Assembly: GCA_016125275.1 (NCBI GenBank)
Contig: WGMB01000002.1
Coordinates: 150,490-214,489 of the forward strand
Source: Acidobacteriota bacterium
GTDB taxonomy: Bacteria; Acidobacteriota; Terriglobia; Bryobacterales; UBA6623
Length of the DNA: 64,000 nucleotides
Direction of reading: 5' to 3'
The notes beneath the pieces are model-generated. The model made no database searches, was not told where the DNA came from, and saw nothing but the letters and a program-made list of their open reading frames with translations. A program made the position numbers and the translations under genes. This document shows positions 18,851 through 28,240 of the stretch, piece after piece. Position 1 is the first letter of the stretch. Each line of letters opens with the position of its first letter.

Positions 18851-18905
18851 CCGCCCGTCCTGCATCGCACCGGCCATCGGGCCTCTTCTCGCACAATCGG
18901 CCAGA

Positions 18906-21900
18906 ATGACCATAGGCTCCCCAACCACCATGCTGAGGTTTCTCGTAGCGGCGATCCTCGCCGTCGCCGCCATCCCGAACCCCGTCCGCGCCGCTTCGCC
19001 GGACTCCGGCTCGCCGTCCGGAACCTACCGCGGCCGCATCCTCACCGAGCGCTTCCAGCACCGCCAGGCCCTCGCCCACGCCCCGGCCGCGCTGACCGCC
19101 GAGCGCCCCGCGCCGCGGCAGGACCAGGGAAACATCGCCATCATCGACACCAGCGGCGGCGTGCTCGCCCCGCAGAATTTCGAGGACATCGACGGCCGCA
19201 CCCTGCGCTTCACCCGCCGCCAGAACGGCGGCTTCAGCGGCGTCTCCGAACCCTTGGCCGCCGTCGAAGAGGCCCGCACGCTCGGCGTCGTGCTGCCGCT
19301 CGACGACGACGACGCCGAACGCCTCGACCTGCCCTTCGCCTTCCCCTTCTTCGGCCAAAGCTACGCCGCCATGTACGTCGGCTCCGACGGCCACATCACC
19401 TTCGGCGAGGCGGACTCACGCACCTCCGCGCGCTCGCTGGCGCGCGCCATCAGCGGCCCCCCGCGCATCGCACCCGTCTTCGTCGATCTCGACCCCAGCC
19501 GCCCCTCGGCGCGCGTGCGGGCCTACGTGGTCGAGGATCGCGCCATCATCACCTGGGACGGCGTGCCGCTCTACAGCAGCTCCGGCACGGGCGCCCGCCA
19601 GATCGTGCAAGCCGAGCTGCACGCCAACGGCGACCTCGCCTTCCACTACATCGCCCTCAACCTCAGCAGCGCCGTCGTCGGCGCCTTCCCCGGCGGCCTG
19701 GCCGGCGAACCCGCCGCCGTCGACCTCTCCCAAGGCTTCTCCTCCAGCGGCCCCGGAGGCTTCGCCGAAACCTTCCAGCTCAGCCAAGAGCTCGACACCT
19801 TCGCCGCCGGCCAGTCCTTCTTCCGCAACCACGACGACGCCTACGACTTCCTGGTGCTGTTCAACGACATCGGCCTATCCACCGGCCCCGGCACATTCGC
19901 CTACGAGATCAACGTCCGCAACGACGTCCACGGCATCGGCGACCTGCTCGTCGACGACCCCATCTTCGACTTCGGCGCCGACTTCGGCTCCCACCGGCGC
20001 CTGGCCAGCTTCGTCAACATGGGTCCGCTCACCAACTACCCCTCGGACCCGCAGACCGTGATGCCCTTGATCGGCGAGAACAACACGCTCTCGCTGCTCG
20101 GCCAGGAGACCGGCCACCGCTGGGGCGTTTATGTCGACTTCATCGACCCCGCCACCGGCCTGCGCTCCTCCAACCTGCTCGGCCGCCAAGAGGCTCACTG
20201 GAACTTCTTCTTCAACTCCAACGCCTCGGTCATGGAAGGCAACCGCATCGTCGACCACGGCGCCGCCGCCAACCCGCGCTTCGAGACCGTCGAGACCGTC
20301 TCGCGCTTCGGCGAGTACGACCAATACATCATGGGCCTGCGCTCGGCGCAGGACACGCCGCCCAGCTTCCTGGTCGAGCAGGTCACCGGCGCCGGCTTCC
20401 CCAACCGCAGCCGCGCGCCGCAAACCGGCGTGCCGTTCAACGGCGTGCGCAAGGACGTCCCGGTCGACCTCATCATCGCCGCCGAAGGCCCCCGCCTGCC
20501 CGACCACACCGTCGCGCAGCGCGAGTTCCGCTACGCCTTCGTTCTGCTGGTGGACGAGGGAAGCGGCGAGGTCTCCGCCGCCAAGATCGCCAAGCTCGAG
20601 CGCATCCGCCAGGAGTGGGAGACCTTCTTCGATCAGGCCGTGGAGAACCGCGCCGAAGCCCACACCGAGTTGGTCTCCTCGCTCGATCTCTCCGTCTGGC
20701 CCGCCGCCGGCGTGCCGCTCGGAACCGCCGGCCAAGCCTCGGTCTCGATCGCGCGCCCCCGCGCCGACGACCTCCAGGTGAGCCTGGCCGCCTCCAACGC
20801 CAAGATCGGCATCCCCGGCTCGGTCACCATTCCCGCCGGCGAGACCCTCGCCAACTTCGCCGTGCAAGGCCTGGCCTCCGGCGTGGACGTGTTGAAGGCG
20901 ACCGCCGCGGCGGCAGGCTACGAGCAGGCCGCGGCGCGCCTCCAGGTCCTCGCCCCCGCCGCCCTCACGCTCTCGGTCGTCTCCGGCGACGCCCAGTCCG
21001 GCTCGCCGCGCGAGGCTCTGCCCGAGCCCGTCGCGCTCCGAGTGACCGACGGCAACCTGCTGCCCTACGCCGGAATCGCCGTCACGATCGAAGCCTCCGG
21101 CGGCGCCCAGGTCTCCCCGGCGCAGGCCGTCACCGATCGCGACGGCCGCATCGAGCTGCTGTGGACGCTCGGCGCCGACCTCGGCGCCTACACGCTCACG
21201 GCCCGGCTGGCCGACGCGCCCGCCGTCAACGCCGTCGCCACCGCCGACGCCGCCGGCGTCCGCCCCAGCTTCTCCCGCGCCTCCGTCGTCAGCGCCGCCA
21301 GCTTCCACACCGACCCCGAGGCCGACGACGAGGCCCTCGGCCCCGGCGGGCTGGCCTCGATCTTCGGCTCCGGCTTGAGCGTCGCCGAGTCGGCTCAGGC
21401 CGTCAGCCTGCCGCTGCCGCGCGAGCTGGCCGGCGTCCAAGTCCGCGTCAACGGCGTCGCCGCGCCGCTGCTGTTCGTCTCGCCGGGCCAAATCAATTTC
21501 CAGATCCCCTTCGAGCTCTCCGGCTCCATCGCCCACCTGGTCGTGCACACGCCCGCCGGCGACAGCGAAACCGTCAACATCCCGGTGGCGACCGTGCAGC
21601 CGGGCCTCTTCTTCGACGGCGGCACCGGCCTCGGCGCCATCGTCTACTCCGCCGACGGCCTCTCTCCCTGGAACCGCCCCGCCCGAGCCGGCGAGTACCT
21701 GGCCCTCTACGCCAGCGGGCTCGGCCCGGTGCAGCCGCGCACGGAAACCGGCGAGGCCGCCCCGTCCCTCATCCTGTCGCAGAACGAGCTGCCCGTCGCC
21801 GTGCTCATCGACGGCCTACGCCTCGACCCGGTCTACGCCGGCCTGGCGCCCTCGTTCGCGGGCCTCTGGCAGGTAAACGTGCAACTGCCGGCGGACTTGC

Positions 21901-21980
21901 CGCCCGGCGAGCACCACATCGCGTTGGAAGTCGACGGCCGCCGCAGCAACGCCGTCCTGCTACTCACCGCAGCGCCCTGA
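18906..21980 (+). CDS. Large secreted protein: NIDO-like domain, degenerate metalloprotease-like region, Ig-like repeats, C-terminal TIGR03437 domain
   Basis: 1024 aa. Signal peptide MLRFLVAAILAVAAIPNPVRA (alternative start 18930). FPFFGQSYAAMYVGSDGHITFG...RIAPVFVDLD is NIDO-like. The C-terminus (ASVVSAASF...GGLASIFGSGL...PLLFVSPGQINFQIP...AGLAPSFAGLWQVNVQLP) matches the TIGR03437 pattern. Confidence 0.85.
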   Translation: MTIGSPTTMLRFLVAAILAVAAIPNPVRAASPDSGSPSGTYRGRILTERFQHRQALAHAPAALTAERPAPRQDQGNIAIIDTSGGVLAPQNFEDIDGRTLRFTRRQNGGFSGVSEPLAAVEEARTLGVVLPLDDDDAERLDLPFAFPFFGQSYAAMYVGSDGHITFGEADSRTSARSLARAISGPPRIAPVFVDLDPSRPSARVRAYVVEDRAIITWDGVPLYSSSGTGARQIVQAELHANGDLAFHYIALNLSSAVVGAFPGGLAGEPAAVDLSQGFSSSGPGGFAETFQLSQELDTFAAGQSFFRNHDDAYDFLVLFNDIGLSTGPGTFAYEINVRNDVHGIGDLLVDDPIFDFGADFGSHRRLASFVNMGPLTNYPSDPQTVMPLIGENNTLSLLGQETGHRWGVYVDFIDPATGLRSSNLLGRQEAHWNFFFNSNASVMEGNRIVDHGAAANPRFETVETVSRFGEYDQYIMGLRSAQDTPPSFLVEQVTGAGFPNRSRAPQTGVPFNGVRKDVPVDLIIAAEGPRLPDHTVAQREFRYAFVLLVDEGSGEVSAAKIAKLERIRQEWETFFDQAVENRAEAHTELVSSLDLSVWPAAGVPLGTAGQASVSIARPRADDLQVSLAASNAKIGIPGSVTIPAGETLANFAVQGLASGVDVLKATAAAAGYEQAAARLQVLAPAALTLSVVSGDAQSGSPREALPEPVALRVTDGNLLPYAGIAVTIEASGGAQVSPAQAVTDRDGRIELLWTLGADLGAYTLTARLADAPAVNAVATADAAGVRPSFSRASVVSAASFHTDPEADDEALGPGGLASIFGSGLSVAESAQAVSLPLPRELAGVQVRVNGVAAPLLFVSPGQINFQIPFELSGSIAHLVVHTPAGDSETVNIPVATVQPGLFFDGGTGLGAIVYSADGLSPWNRPARAGEYLALYASGLGPVQPRTETGEAAPSLILSQNELPVAVLIDGLRLDPVYAGLAPSFAGLWQVNVQLPADLPPGEHHIALEVDGRRSNAVLLLTAAP

Positions 21981-21994
21981 AGTAAACGCGACGG

Positions 21995-22498
21995 CTACAG
22001 CAACGTACGCCGAGCCACGGAGATCGGCAGGAACATCGTCCGTGCTTGGCTGGCGAGGACTAAGAATCCGTGATGGCGGTAGAATGCCACCGCCGACTCG
22101 TCCTTCGCATCCACCAAAAGCGCAAATGTCGCGGGCGCCGAATCAAGCACTCGGCGGAGCGCATCGGCCAACAGAGCGCCGCCCAGCCCGCGACCCCGAA
22201 AACCAAGATCCACGGCCAATCGGCCAATCCTCACGGCTGGAATGCTTGGATACCGAGGCAGCTTCTTCGTGACATCAGATGGCAACTCGGTAACGGGGAT
22301 CCCGGCCGAAGACAGCGTATAGTAGCCGGCGATGCGGCCGGTCGCCGCCTCTACTGCCACAAAACATGCGGCCATCCGTCGCTTGGCGTCCTGACTCGCC
22401 TGCATTCGCAGGTATCGGTCCAACGCCTCCTGCCCACAGGAAAAGACGGCACGGTCGTGTCCCGGGTTCAAAGGTTCGAGCGCAAATGGCGGGCTCAC
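21995..22498 (-). CDS. GNAT-family acetyltransferase toxin (TacT/AtaT/KacT-like)
   Basis: 167 aa. GTG start with GTGA overlap onto the DUF1778 stop. FSCGQEALDRYL and RIGRLAVDLGFRGRGLGGALL (acetyl-CoA-binding R/Q-x-x-G-x-G/A motif). Confidence 0.85.
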   Translation of the reverse strand: MSPPFALEPLNPGHDRAVFSCGQEALDRYLRMQASQDAKRRMAACFVAVEAATGRIAGYYTLSSAGIPVTELPSDVTKKLPRYPSIPAVRIGRLAVDLGFRGRGLGGALLADALRRVLDSAPATFALLVDAKDESAVAFYRHHGFLVLASQARTMFLPISVARRTLL

Positions 22499-22788
22499 GA
22501 GTCGCCCAGCAACTCGCGACGGCGCTCAAAGGCGCGACGCAAAGCCGGAGCGGGCTCGGGCGGATCGAGGAGCGCGTCGGCAACGCGGCGCTGATCCTCC
22601 AAGGAGAGACGCACGATCTCCACCTCTTCAATCGTTCGCAGAGCCGCATCGCGGGCTGCGCTCACCACGAAGTCAGTCAGGGTTCGACCTTGCATGTCCG
22701 CTGCACGCTTGAGAAGCGTATGAACGTCCGCGGGCAAACGAGCTTCGAGCCTTGCTATCTCCTTGTTCACATCTAGATGATACGGCAA
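22495..22788 (-). CDS. DUF1778 (RHH) antitoxin, TacA-like
   Basis: RLEARLPADVHTLLKRAADMQGRTLTDFVVSAARDAALRTIEE is the DUF1778 signature. The ORF-track start is TTG 22788. GTG 22770 is more likely given the promoter at 22777..22805. Confidence 0.85.
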   Translation of the reverse strand: MPYHLDVNKEIARLEARLPADVHTLLKRAADMQGRTLTDFVVSAARDAALRTIEEVEIVRLSLEDQRRVADALLDPPEPAPALRRAFERRRELLGDS

Positions 22789-22805
22789 TATGCCGTACCT
22801 GTCGA
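22777..22805 (-). promoter_or_regulatory. Sigma70-like promoter with embedded palindromic operator for the DUF1778/GNAT operon
   Basis: Minus strand reads TCGACA-(17 nt)-TATCAT-ctagat-GTG. The spacer contains the palindrome TACGGCA-tat-TGCCGTA (22781..22797). Confidence 0.4.
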
Positions 22806-22824
22806 GAGTGGTGAAACAGCCCGT

Positions 22825-25350
22825 TCAGTCCGCCCAATAAAACAGCCCATTGAACACCATCTTGAACGTGGCGTTCGACTGCCCCCGGTACTGCGGCCGA
22901 ATCCCGAACAGCACCACCCGCCCACGCCCCACCGGCACATCCATCACCGCCGAGCGCGCCGCAATCAGCTCCTCGCCCAGCAGCCAGCCGGACGCCAGCA
23001 CGTTCTGCCCCGGATACCGCAGCACGCTCTTCGGCGCCGGCCCTTCCCGGTCGAACGACGGCCGGAACGCCGGTCCCGACTCGAACCACACCGCCTGCCG
23101 CGGCTGCATCCCAAAGCACAGCGGATGCGCCAAATCCACTTCCGTCTCGAGCAGCGCCCCGGGGCTGTAGAAGCGCGACGAAGACACCTCGCCCAGCGTG
23201 TTCTCCACCTGCAACCCCAGCCGCTCGATGGCGTAGTTCGACGCCTCGTTGAACGCCAGAATCACCCCGCCGCGCATCGCGAACTCCCGCAACGCCGCCG
23301 CGCCCGCGTCGCCCAGCCCGCCGCTGAACTCCGGCGGAATCTTCGCCCCGCGGTACGAAGCGCCCTCGATGTAGCCCGCGTGCAGCGTCCGCGGCGAAGC
23401 GTCCGGCAGGATGATCGCGTCGAACTCCGACCGCAGGTCGCCCCGCTGCGCCCGCTCGTTGTCCAGCCGCTTGTGCTCGAAGCCGTAGTCGTCGAGCACC
23501 CAGCGCGTCCAACCCTCGTCCATGATCGGCACGAAGCCGCTGTACACGCCCACCCGCGGCGTCCGCAGTTGCCGCAGCCCGCTCGGCGGCGCCGTCACGC
23601 TCTCGAAGCGCAAGCCCAGGTCCGTCGCCAGCCGGTCCAGCTCCTCGCGCCAAGCCGTCCCCGCCGGCACGTAGAAGTCCCCCGTCGTCTCGTTCCGCCG
23701 AATCGTGGCGCCGTCGGCCAGCAGCCGATTTACGGCCTTCCAGGAATAGCTCCACGCCGGCGACAGCCGCAGCAGCTCGCCCTGCCCCACCCGCCCCGTC
23801 GGCGGCCGGATCGAGTCCACCCGCTGCAGGTCCGCCTGGAACGGCCGGTTGATCTCGTCCACGCTCACGCCCAGCAGCAGCGGCAGCGAATGCGCCGTCA
23901 CGTCATACGGCTTCTGCGGCGGACCGCCGGCGTACTCGCGCAGGTCCGGGTACTTCTGCTTCTCCAGCAGCGTCTTGGCAAACCGGCCGTAGGGCTGCTC
24001 CAGCGAGATCACGTAGTCGCCCTCGCTGTAGGCCCGGCCGCCGGCCCGAAAGTCCCGCGCCGCCCGCTGAATCTCCACCATCCCAAAGTCCAGCGTCTCC
24101 AGCAGCCGCGTCAGCGCGTTCGGGTCGTGCTGCTGCCCCGGCAGGATGAACGCCTTGGGACCCTCCGCCTCCAGCCCGCGCCGGCCGATGCGGTAGAAGT
24201 TTCGCAGCAGGTCCGGCCGCTTCAGAGCAGCGTTGTACAGGCACGACTCGAAGGCGATCAACTGATCGTCCACGATGTCCCGCAGCCGCCACCGCCCGCC
24301 CGGCCAAGGCTCCAGAAAGTTCCAGCTCCGCTGCTGCGCGTTGTAGCCCCGCGCGTCCTGCTGCAAGGCGCTGAAGGGAATCGTAATCGGCGTCGCATAG
24401 CGCACGCTGGCCGACTCGGTCAGCAGCCGCAGCCCGCCGTGGTAGCTCTGGTAGTGGCGCGCCGGCGTGAAGTAGTCGTAGATGCCGTTCATCACCACGC
24501 CCTTGCGCCCGGCCGCCGTCAGGTCCACCGCCATCGCCGTGCCGAACTCGTTCACCTGCTGCACGATCAGCGAATCGATGTTCGGATCGACCGGATCGTC
24601 CCACGGCGGCAGAAAGATCCGCGCCCCGGTCGAACCCATCTGGTGTACGTCGTACACGATCTGCGGCCGCCACACGTTGTGGATCTTCTCCACCGCCAGC
24701 CGCGTCTCCTGCTGCGTGAACATGTACCAGTCGCGGTTGTTATCGTGCCCCACGTACTTGTGGTACAGGTCCACCATCGGCGCGCCCTCGTAGGGAGAGC
24801 CCACGTAGCGCCGATACCACTCCGCCACCTTGTCCACCCCGTCCGGGTTCAGCGAAGGCGTCAGTAGCAGAATCGTCTCGTCCAGAATCTTGCGGTGTCG
24901 CGGCGTGTCCTCGCTGAGCAGGCGATAGACGAACTCCATCGCCGTCATCGTCGAGGCCGGCTCGCTCGAATGGATCGAGCAGGTCAGCAGCACCACCGTC
25001 TTGCCCTGCTCGATGAGGGTTTCGGCCTGCGCCGGAGTCGTCGCGCGCGGATCGGCTAGGCGCGCCTGCAGGCTCTGGTAGGTGGAAAGCTTCGCCAGGG
25101 TCTCCGGCCGCGCGATCGTCGCCAGCAAAAACGGCCGCCCCTCGGTCGTCTTGCCCAGCTCCTCCACCCGCACCGAATCGCTCGCCGCGTCCAGCTTGCG
25201 GTAGTAGCCCACCACGCCGTCCCAATCCACCAGCTTGCGGTCCGTCCCCATCCGAAAGCCGAAGTGAGACTCCGGCGTCGGTAGGGCCGCCGACAAGGGT
25301 CCGGCGCACAGCAATACCACCAGCAGAACGGCAGACGACGAACGCGTCAT
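22825..25350 (-). CDS. M14 family zinc carboxypeptidase (long form)
   Basis: ORF 22825..25389. ATG 25350 gives the signal peptide MTRSSSAVLLVVLLCAGPLSA. PESHFGFRMGTDRKLVDWDGVVGYYRKL; IHSSEPAS (HxxE zinc motif). Confidence 0.85.
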   Translation of the reverse strand: MTRSSSAVLLVVLLCAGPLSAALPTPESHFGFRMGTDRKLVDWDGVVGYYRKLDAASDSVRVEELGKTTEGRPFLLATIARPETLAKLSTYQSLQARLADPRATTPAQAETLIEQGKTVVLLTCSIHSSEPASTMTAMEFVYRLLSEDTPRHRKILDETILLLTPSLNPDGVDKVAEWYRRYVGSPYEGAPMVDLYHKYVGHDNNRDWYMFTQQETRLAVEKIHNVWRPQIVYDVHQMGSTGARIFLPPWDDPVDPNIDSLIVQQVNEFGTAMAVDLTAAGRKGVVMNGIYDYFTPARHYQSYHGGLRLLTESASVRYATPITIPFSALQQDARGYNAQQRSWNFLEPWPGGRWRLRDIVDDQLIAFESCLYNAALKRPDLLRNFYRIGRRGLEAEGPKAFILPGQQHDPNALTRLLETLDFGMVEIQRAARDFRAGGRAYSEGDYVISLEQPYGRFAKTLLEKQKYPDLREYAGGPPQKPYDVTAHSLPLLLGVSVDEINRPFQADLQRVDSIRPPTGRVGQGELLRLSPAWSYSWKAVNRLLADGATIRRNETTGDFYVPAGTAWREELDRLATDLGLRFESVTAPPSGLRQLRTPRVGVYSGFVPIMDEGWTRWVLDDYGFEHKRLDNERAQRGDLRSEFDAIILPDASPRTLHAGYIEGASYRGAKIPPEFSGGLGDAGAAALREFAMRGGVILAFNEASNYAIERLGLQVENTLGEVSSSRFYSPGALLETEVDLAHPLCFGMQPRQAVWFESGPAFRPSFDREGPAPKSVLRYPGQNVLASGWLLGEELIAARSAVMDVPVGRGRVVLFGIRPQYRGQSNATFKMVFNGLFYWAD

Positions 25351-25405
25351 GAAAATACTATAGCGACGCTGAACAGCCGACTCCTTCACCGTTCGTACTG
25401 GGAAA

Positions 25406-25939
25406 TTACGCCGTCTTGGGAGCGTACTTTTCCAGAACCGGCATCAGCCCGTCTCCTTCAAAGATGCCCCGGGACAGCAGATTGTAACCGTAATCCTCAC
25501 GAATCCAGCCCTTCGTGTCGACCACGAACACGTGCGGCACCTCGATCGTGGGCTTCTGCGGCGTCACCTTCAGGTACGAAATCGCCATCTGGCTGCAATC
25601 CCACAAGATCGTCGTCGACAGCCCGTGGTCGGCCCGGTACTTCTTCACCGAAGCCTGATTGTCCGGCGGATTCACCACCTGCAGCACCTTCACCCGGCCC
25701 CCAAAGGCCTTCTCGGCCTGTTGGAGCTTCTGGGAGAACGTGGCGCAGTGCGGACAGGCCGTCCGCATGATGTCGATCACCACGACCTTGCCCATGTAGT
25801 CGGCCAGGTCGTGGGTCTTCAAGTCCTGATCCTGGAGCGCAAAGCCCGGCGCCCGCCGATTGGAGAGCTCGCCGGCGGCAAAGGCGGCGGTGGGAGCCAG
25901 AGGCAGAGTCAGAGCGGAGAGGAAGGTACGCCTACGCAT
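25406..25939 (-). CDS. TlpA/ResA-like thiol:disulfide oxidoreductase (thioredoxin fold)
   Basis: ORF 25406..26203. ATG 25939 gives MRRRTFLSALTLPLAPTAAFA. APGFALQDQDLKTHDLADYMGKVVVIDIMRTACPHCATF contains a CxxC motif. Confidence 0.8.
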   Translation of the reverse strand: MRRRTFLSALTLPLAPTAAFAAGELSNRRAPGFALQDQDLKTHDLADYMGKVVVIDIMRTACPHCATFSQKLQQAEKAFGGRVKVLQVVNPPDNQASVKKYRADHGLSTTILWDCSQMAISYLKVTPQKPTIEVPHVFVVDTKGWIREDYGYNLLSRGIFEGDGLMPVLEKYAPKTA

Positions 25940-25959
25940 CCCTACCAAGCTAACACGCC

Positions 25960-27285
25960 TTATTCCACAGGCACATCGCGGCGAATCTCGTGGTAGAACC
26001 GCCCGCGCATCGACCCCAGCCAGGGCCACTCGTAGCGCTTCGCCAAGTCGATCGTCGCCACGGCCACCTTGCCTTCCGGCGCCTGGGCCATCCGCTCGCC
26101 CATCGGGTCCATCACGTAGGTGGGATGGTCGTACCCCGAAGTCACCAGAAACACGTGGTTCTCGATCGCCCGCGCCGCCGCCAGCGTCTCGCTGCCGCCC
26201 CAAATCGGCAGCAGCACCACCTCCGCGCCGTCCAGCGCCAGGGCCCGCGCCGGGTCGGCGTACTGCACATCCCAGCAGATCATCATGCCCACCCGCCCAA
26301 AGTCGGTCTGGAAGGTCGGGTACGAGTCCCCCGGCGTCAACCCGCCGTCCATTTCCTCGCGCGGCAGATACACCTTGCGATACTTGCCCGCCACGCGCCC
26401 TTCGCGGTCGAGCAACACGGCCGTGTTGTAGATGACCGTCCCCTCGCGCTCATACAGCCCCACCGCCAGCCAAGCGTTCTTGGCTTTCGCCACTTGGCCC
26501 AGCCGCTCGGTCGTCGGGCCCGGAACCGTTTCCGCAATGTCGGGATATTTCAGCCCGGTGCCGACGATCGTCGCCCCTTCCGGCAGCAGAATCAGGTCCG
26601 TGTCCGCCGGAACGTCCTTCTCCACCAGCTCGGCGAAGCGCTCGATGCTGCCCTCACGCCCGCCCGTGTTCAGCGGACGCAGATTCACCGTCGCCACCTT
26701 CACCGGCCGCGCCGCCGGAGTTTCCACCGGCTCAAAGGAAACGTCGTCCCACCACAGCGTGGCCGTCGGCGCATACGCCAAACGCAGCTCCAGCCGAGCC
26801 GCCGCGGCGTCCGGCGGCGCCGGAGCCTCCACGCTCAGCTTGGTCCACTCGCCCTCGCGCTCAGTCTTCCAGGCGTACTCCTGGCGCCCCGCGCCCTTGC
26901 CGTTGGCCTGCAACCAAGCGATCCGCGCCGCCACATGCTGCCGCTCGCTGGGCCGGGGCATGTCCTTGGTGCGGTAGTAAGCGGTCAGCCGATACCACCG
27001 CCCCGGCTCCACCGCCGACGCAGCCCGCCGCCACTCGCCAAAAACCCCAGGCTTGCTGGCCCCGGAAAGCGCCAGCGAGCCAGGCGCCTCCCGCCCCACC
27101 AACGGATCGGACCAGCCCCGCGGCTGAATTTCTTCCCGCGGCGACCAGAGAGTCCAGCCCTCGGCGTCGTCAATCCGGGGAGCCGCAGCGCCAAGCGCGG
27201 CAAACAAAAGAGCAAGCCCAAGAATCCGCACGCGATCAGTATACGCCCGAGCCCCGCAAACGCCGAGCCCCAAAACAGGCGCCAT
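25960..27285 (-). CDS. Carbon-nitrogen hydrolase (nitrilase superfamily) with a ~200-aa N-terminal extension
   Basis: VKVATVNL...LILLPEG...GKYRKVYLP...GMMICWD carries the E-K-C triad motifs. A signal-like segment RILGLALLFAALGAAAP suggests an alternative GTG start at 27231. Confidence 0.8.
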   Translation of the reverse strand: MAPVLGLGVCGARAYTDRVRILGLALLFAALGAAAPRIDDAEGWTLWSPREEIQPRGWSDPLVGREAPGSLALSGASKPGVFGEWRRAASAVEPGRWYRLTAYYRTKDMPRPSERQHVAARIAWLQANGKGAGRQEYAWKTEREGEWTKLSVEAPAPPDAAAARLELRLAYAPTATLWWDDVSFEPVETPAARPVKVATVNLRPLNTGGREGSIERFAELVEKDVPADTDLILLPEGATIVGTGLKYPDIAETVPGPTTERLGQVAKAKNAWLAVGLYEREGTVIYNTAVLLDREGRVAGKYRKVYLPREEMDGGLTPGDSYPTFQTDFGRVGMMICWDVQYADPARALALDGAEVVLLPIWGGSETLAAARAIENHVFLVTSGYDHPTYVMDPMGERMAQAPEGKVAVATIDLAKRYEWPWLGSMRGRFYHEIRRDVPVE

Positions 27286-27326
27286 AGCCCGGCCCGCCAG
27301 GGCCGGGTCGACCCGCGCGCGGCCAA

Positions 27327-27596
27327 CTATTCCCTCGCTTCGGCTCTCCGGACATCCGCCAGGTCGACGCGCACCCGCGAAGCTGGAAGCTCCTCGGCGT
27401 GACCATCGGAAAATTCAACCAGCACCAAGCAGACCCCGATGTCCACACCAAATTGGGCCGCCGTCCGATCGTCAGAGACCAAACGGAAACCGACAACGCT
27501 CCCGTGTCGAACCATGGCTGCGAGATTAGCGCCGTGCGCCTGCGGGAGCGCTTGCACTGTGTCTCCCCACTCGAACGGCCACCCTTCTTCGGTCAT
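27327..27596 (-). CDS. Small hypothetical protein (89 aa)
   Basis: ORF 27327..27755 trimmed to ATG 27596, so it no longer overlaps bcp. MTEEGWPFEWGDTVQALPQAHGANLAAMVRHGSVVGFRLV... No family recognised. Confidence 0.4.
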   Translation of the reverse strand: MTEEGWPFEWGDTVQALPQAHGANLAAMVRHGSVVGFRLVSDDRTAAQFGVDIGVCLVLVEFSDGHAEELPASRVRVDLADVRRAEARE

Positions 27597-27610
27597 CTCG
27601 AATCCAGTGT

Positions 27611-28063
27611 CTACAACCGCTCCAACAGATCCGCCACGTGCCCCTTCACCTTGACCTTCCCATGCACCTGGGCGATCTTCCCCTCCCCATCGATCACAAA
27701 CGTGGACCGCTGAATCCCCATATACTTCTTGCCGTACATCGACTTCTCCTGCCAAGCCCCATAGGCCTCGGCGATGGCATGGTCCTGATCGCTGATCAGC
27801 CGGAACGGCAGCCCGAACTTGTTCTTGAACCCGTCGTGCGACTTCACGCTGTCCGGGCTCACGCCCAGCACCACCGCGCCCTTGGTTTCCAGCACCGGCG
27901 CCGCGTCGCGAAAGTCGCAGGCCTCGGTCGTACAGCCGGGCGTGTTGTCCTTCGGATAGAAGTACAGGATGACCTTCTTGCCGCGAAGGTCCTTCAGGCT
28001 GATCGTGCCGCCGCCGTCGGTCGGGGCGGTAAAGTCCGGAGCTTTGTCACCAACGTTGAGCAT
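27611..28063 (-). CDS. bcp: Thiol peroxidase Bcp (peroxiredoxin)
   Basis: ATG 28063 gives MLNVGDKAPDFTAPTDGGGTISLKDLRGKKVILYFYPKDNTPGCTTEACDFRD, the canonical Bcp/PrxQ motif. Confidence 0.9.
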   Translation of the reverse strand: MLNVGDKAPDFTAPTDGGGTISLKDLRGKKVILYFYPKDNTPGCTTEACDFRDAAPVLETKGAVVLGVSPDSVKSHDGFKNKFGLPFRLISDQDHAIAEAYGAWQEKSMYGKKYMGIQRSTFVIDGEGKIAQVHGKVKVKGHVADLLERL

Positions 28064-28178
28064 AAGCAACACGGTACAAAGCGTCCCCGCCCTCCGCAAG
28101 TCGGGCCCCTTGACCCGCCGCGCTATCCTGAAATCGTCCGAGCCCCAGCCCAGGGGAGCGGCTCATCGCGAGGCCCGG

Positions 28179-28240
28179 TTTGGCTCACCGCGAAGCTCTG
28201 TTTGGCTCACTTTGGCTCAGTCTGGCTCACTTTGGCTCAC
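28179..28240. repeat. 10-bp tandem repeat TTTGGCTCAC (4 contiguous units plus 1 unit 12 bp upstream)
   Basis: Units at 28179-28188, 28201-28210, 28211-28220 (..CAG), 28221-28230 (TCT..) and 28231-28240. The kinase stop codon (28237-28239) lies inside the last unit. Confidence 0.9.
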
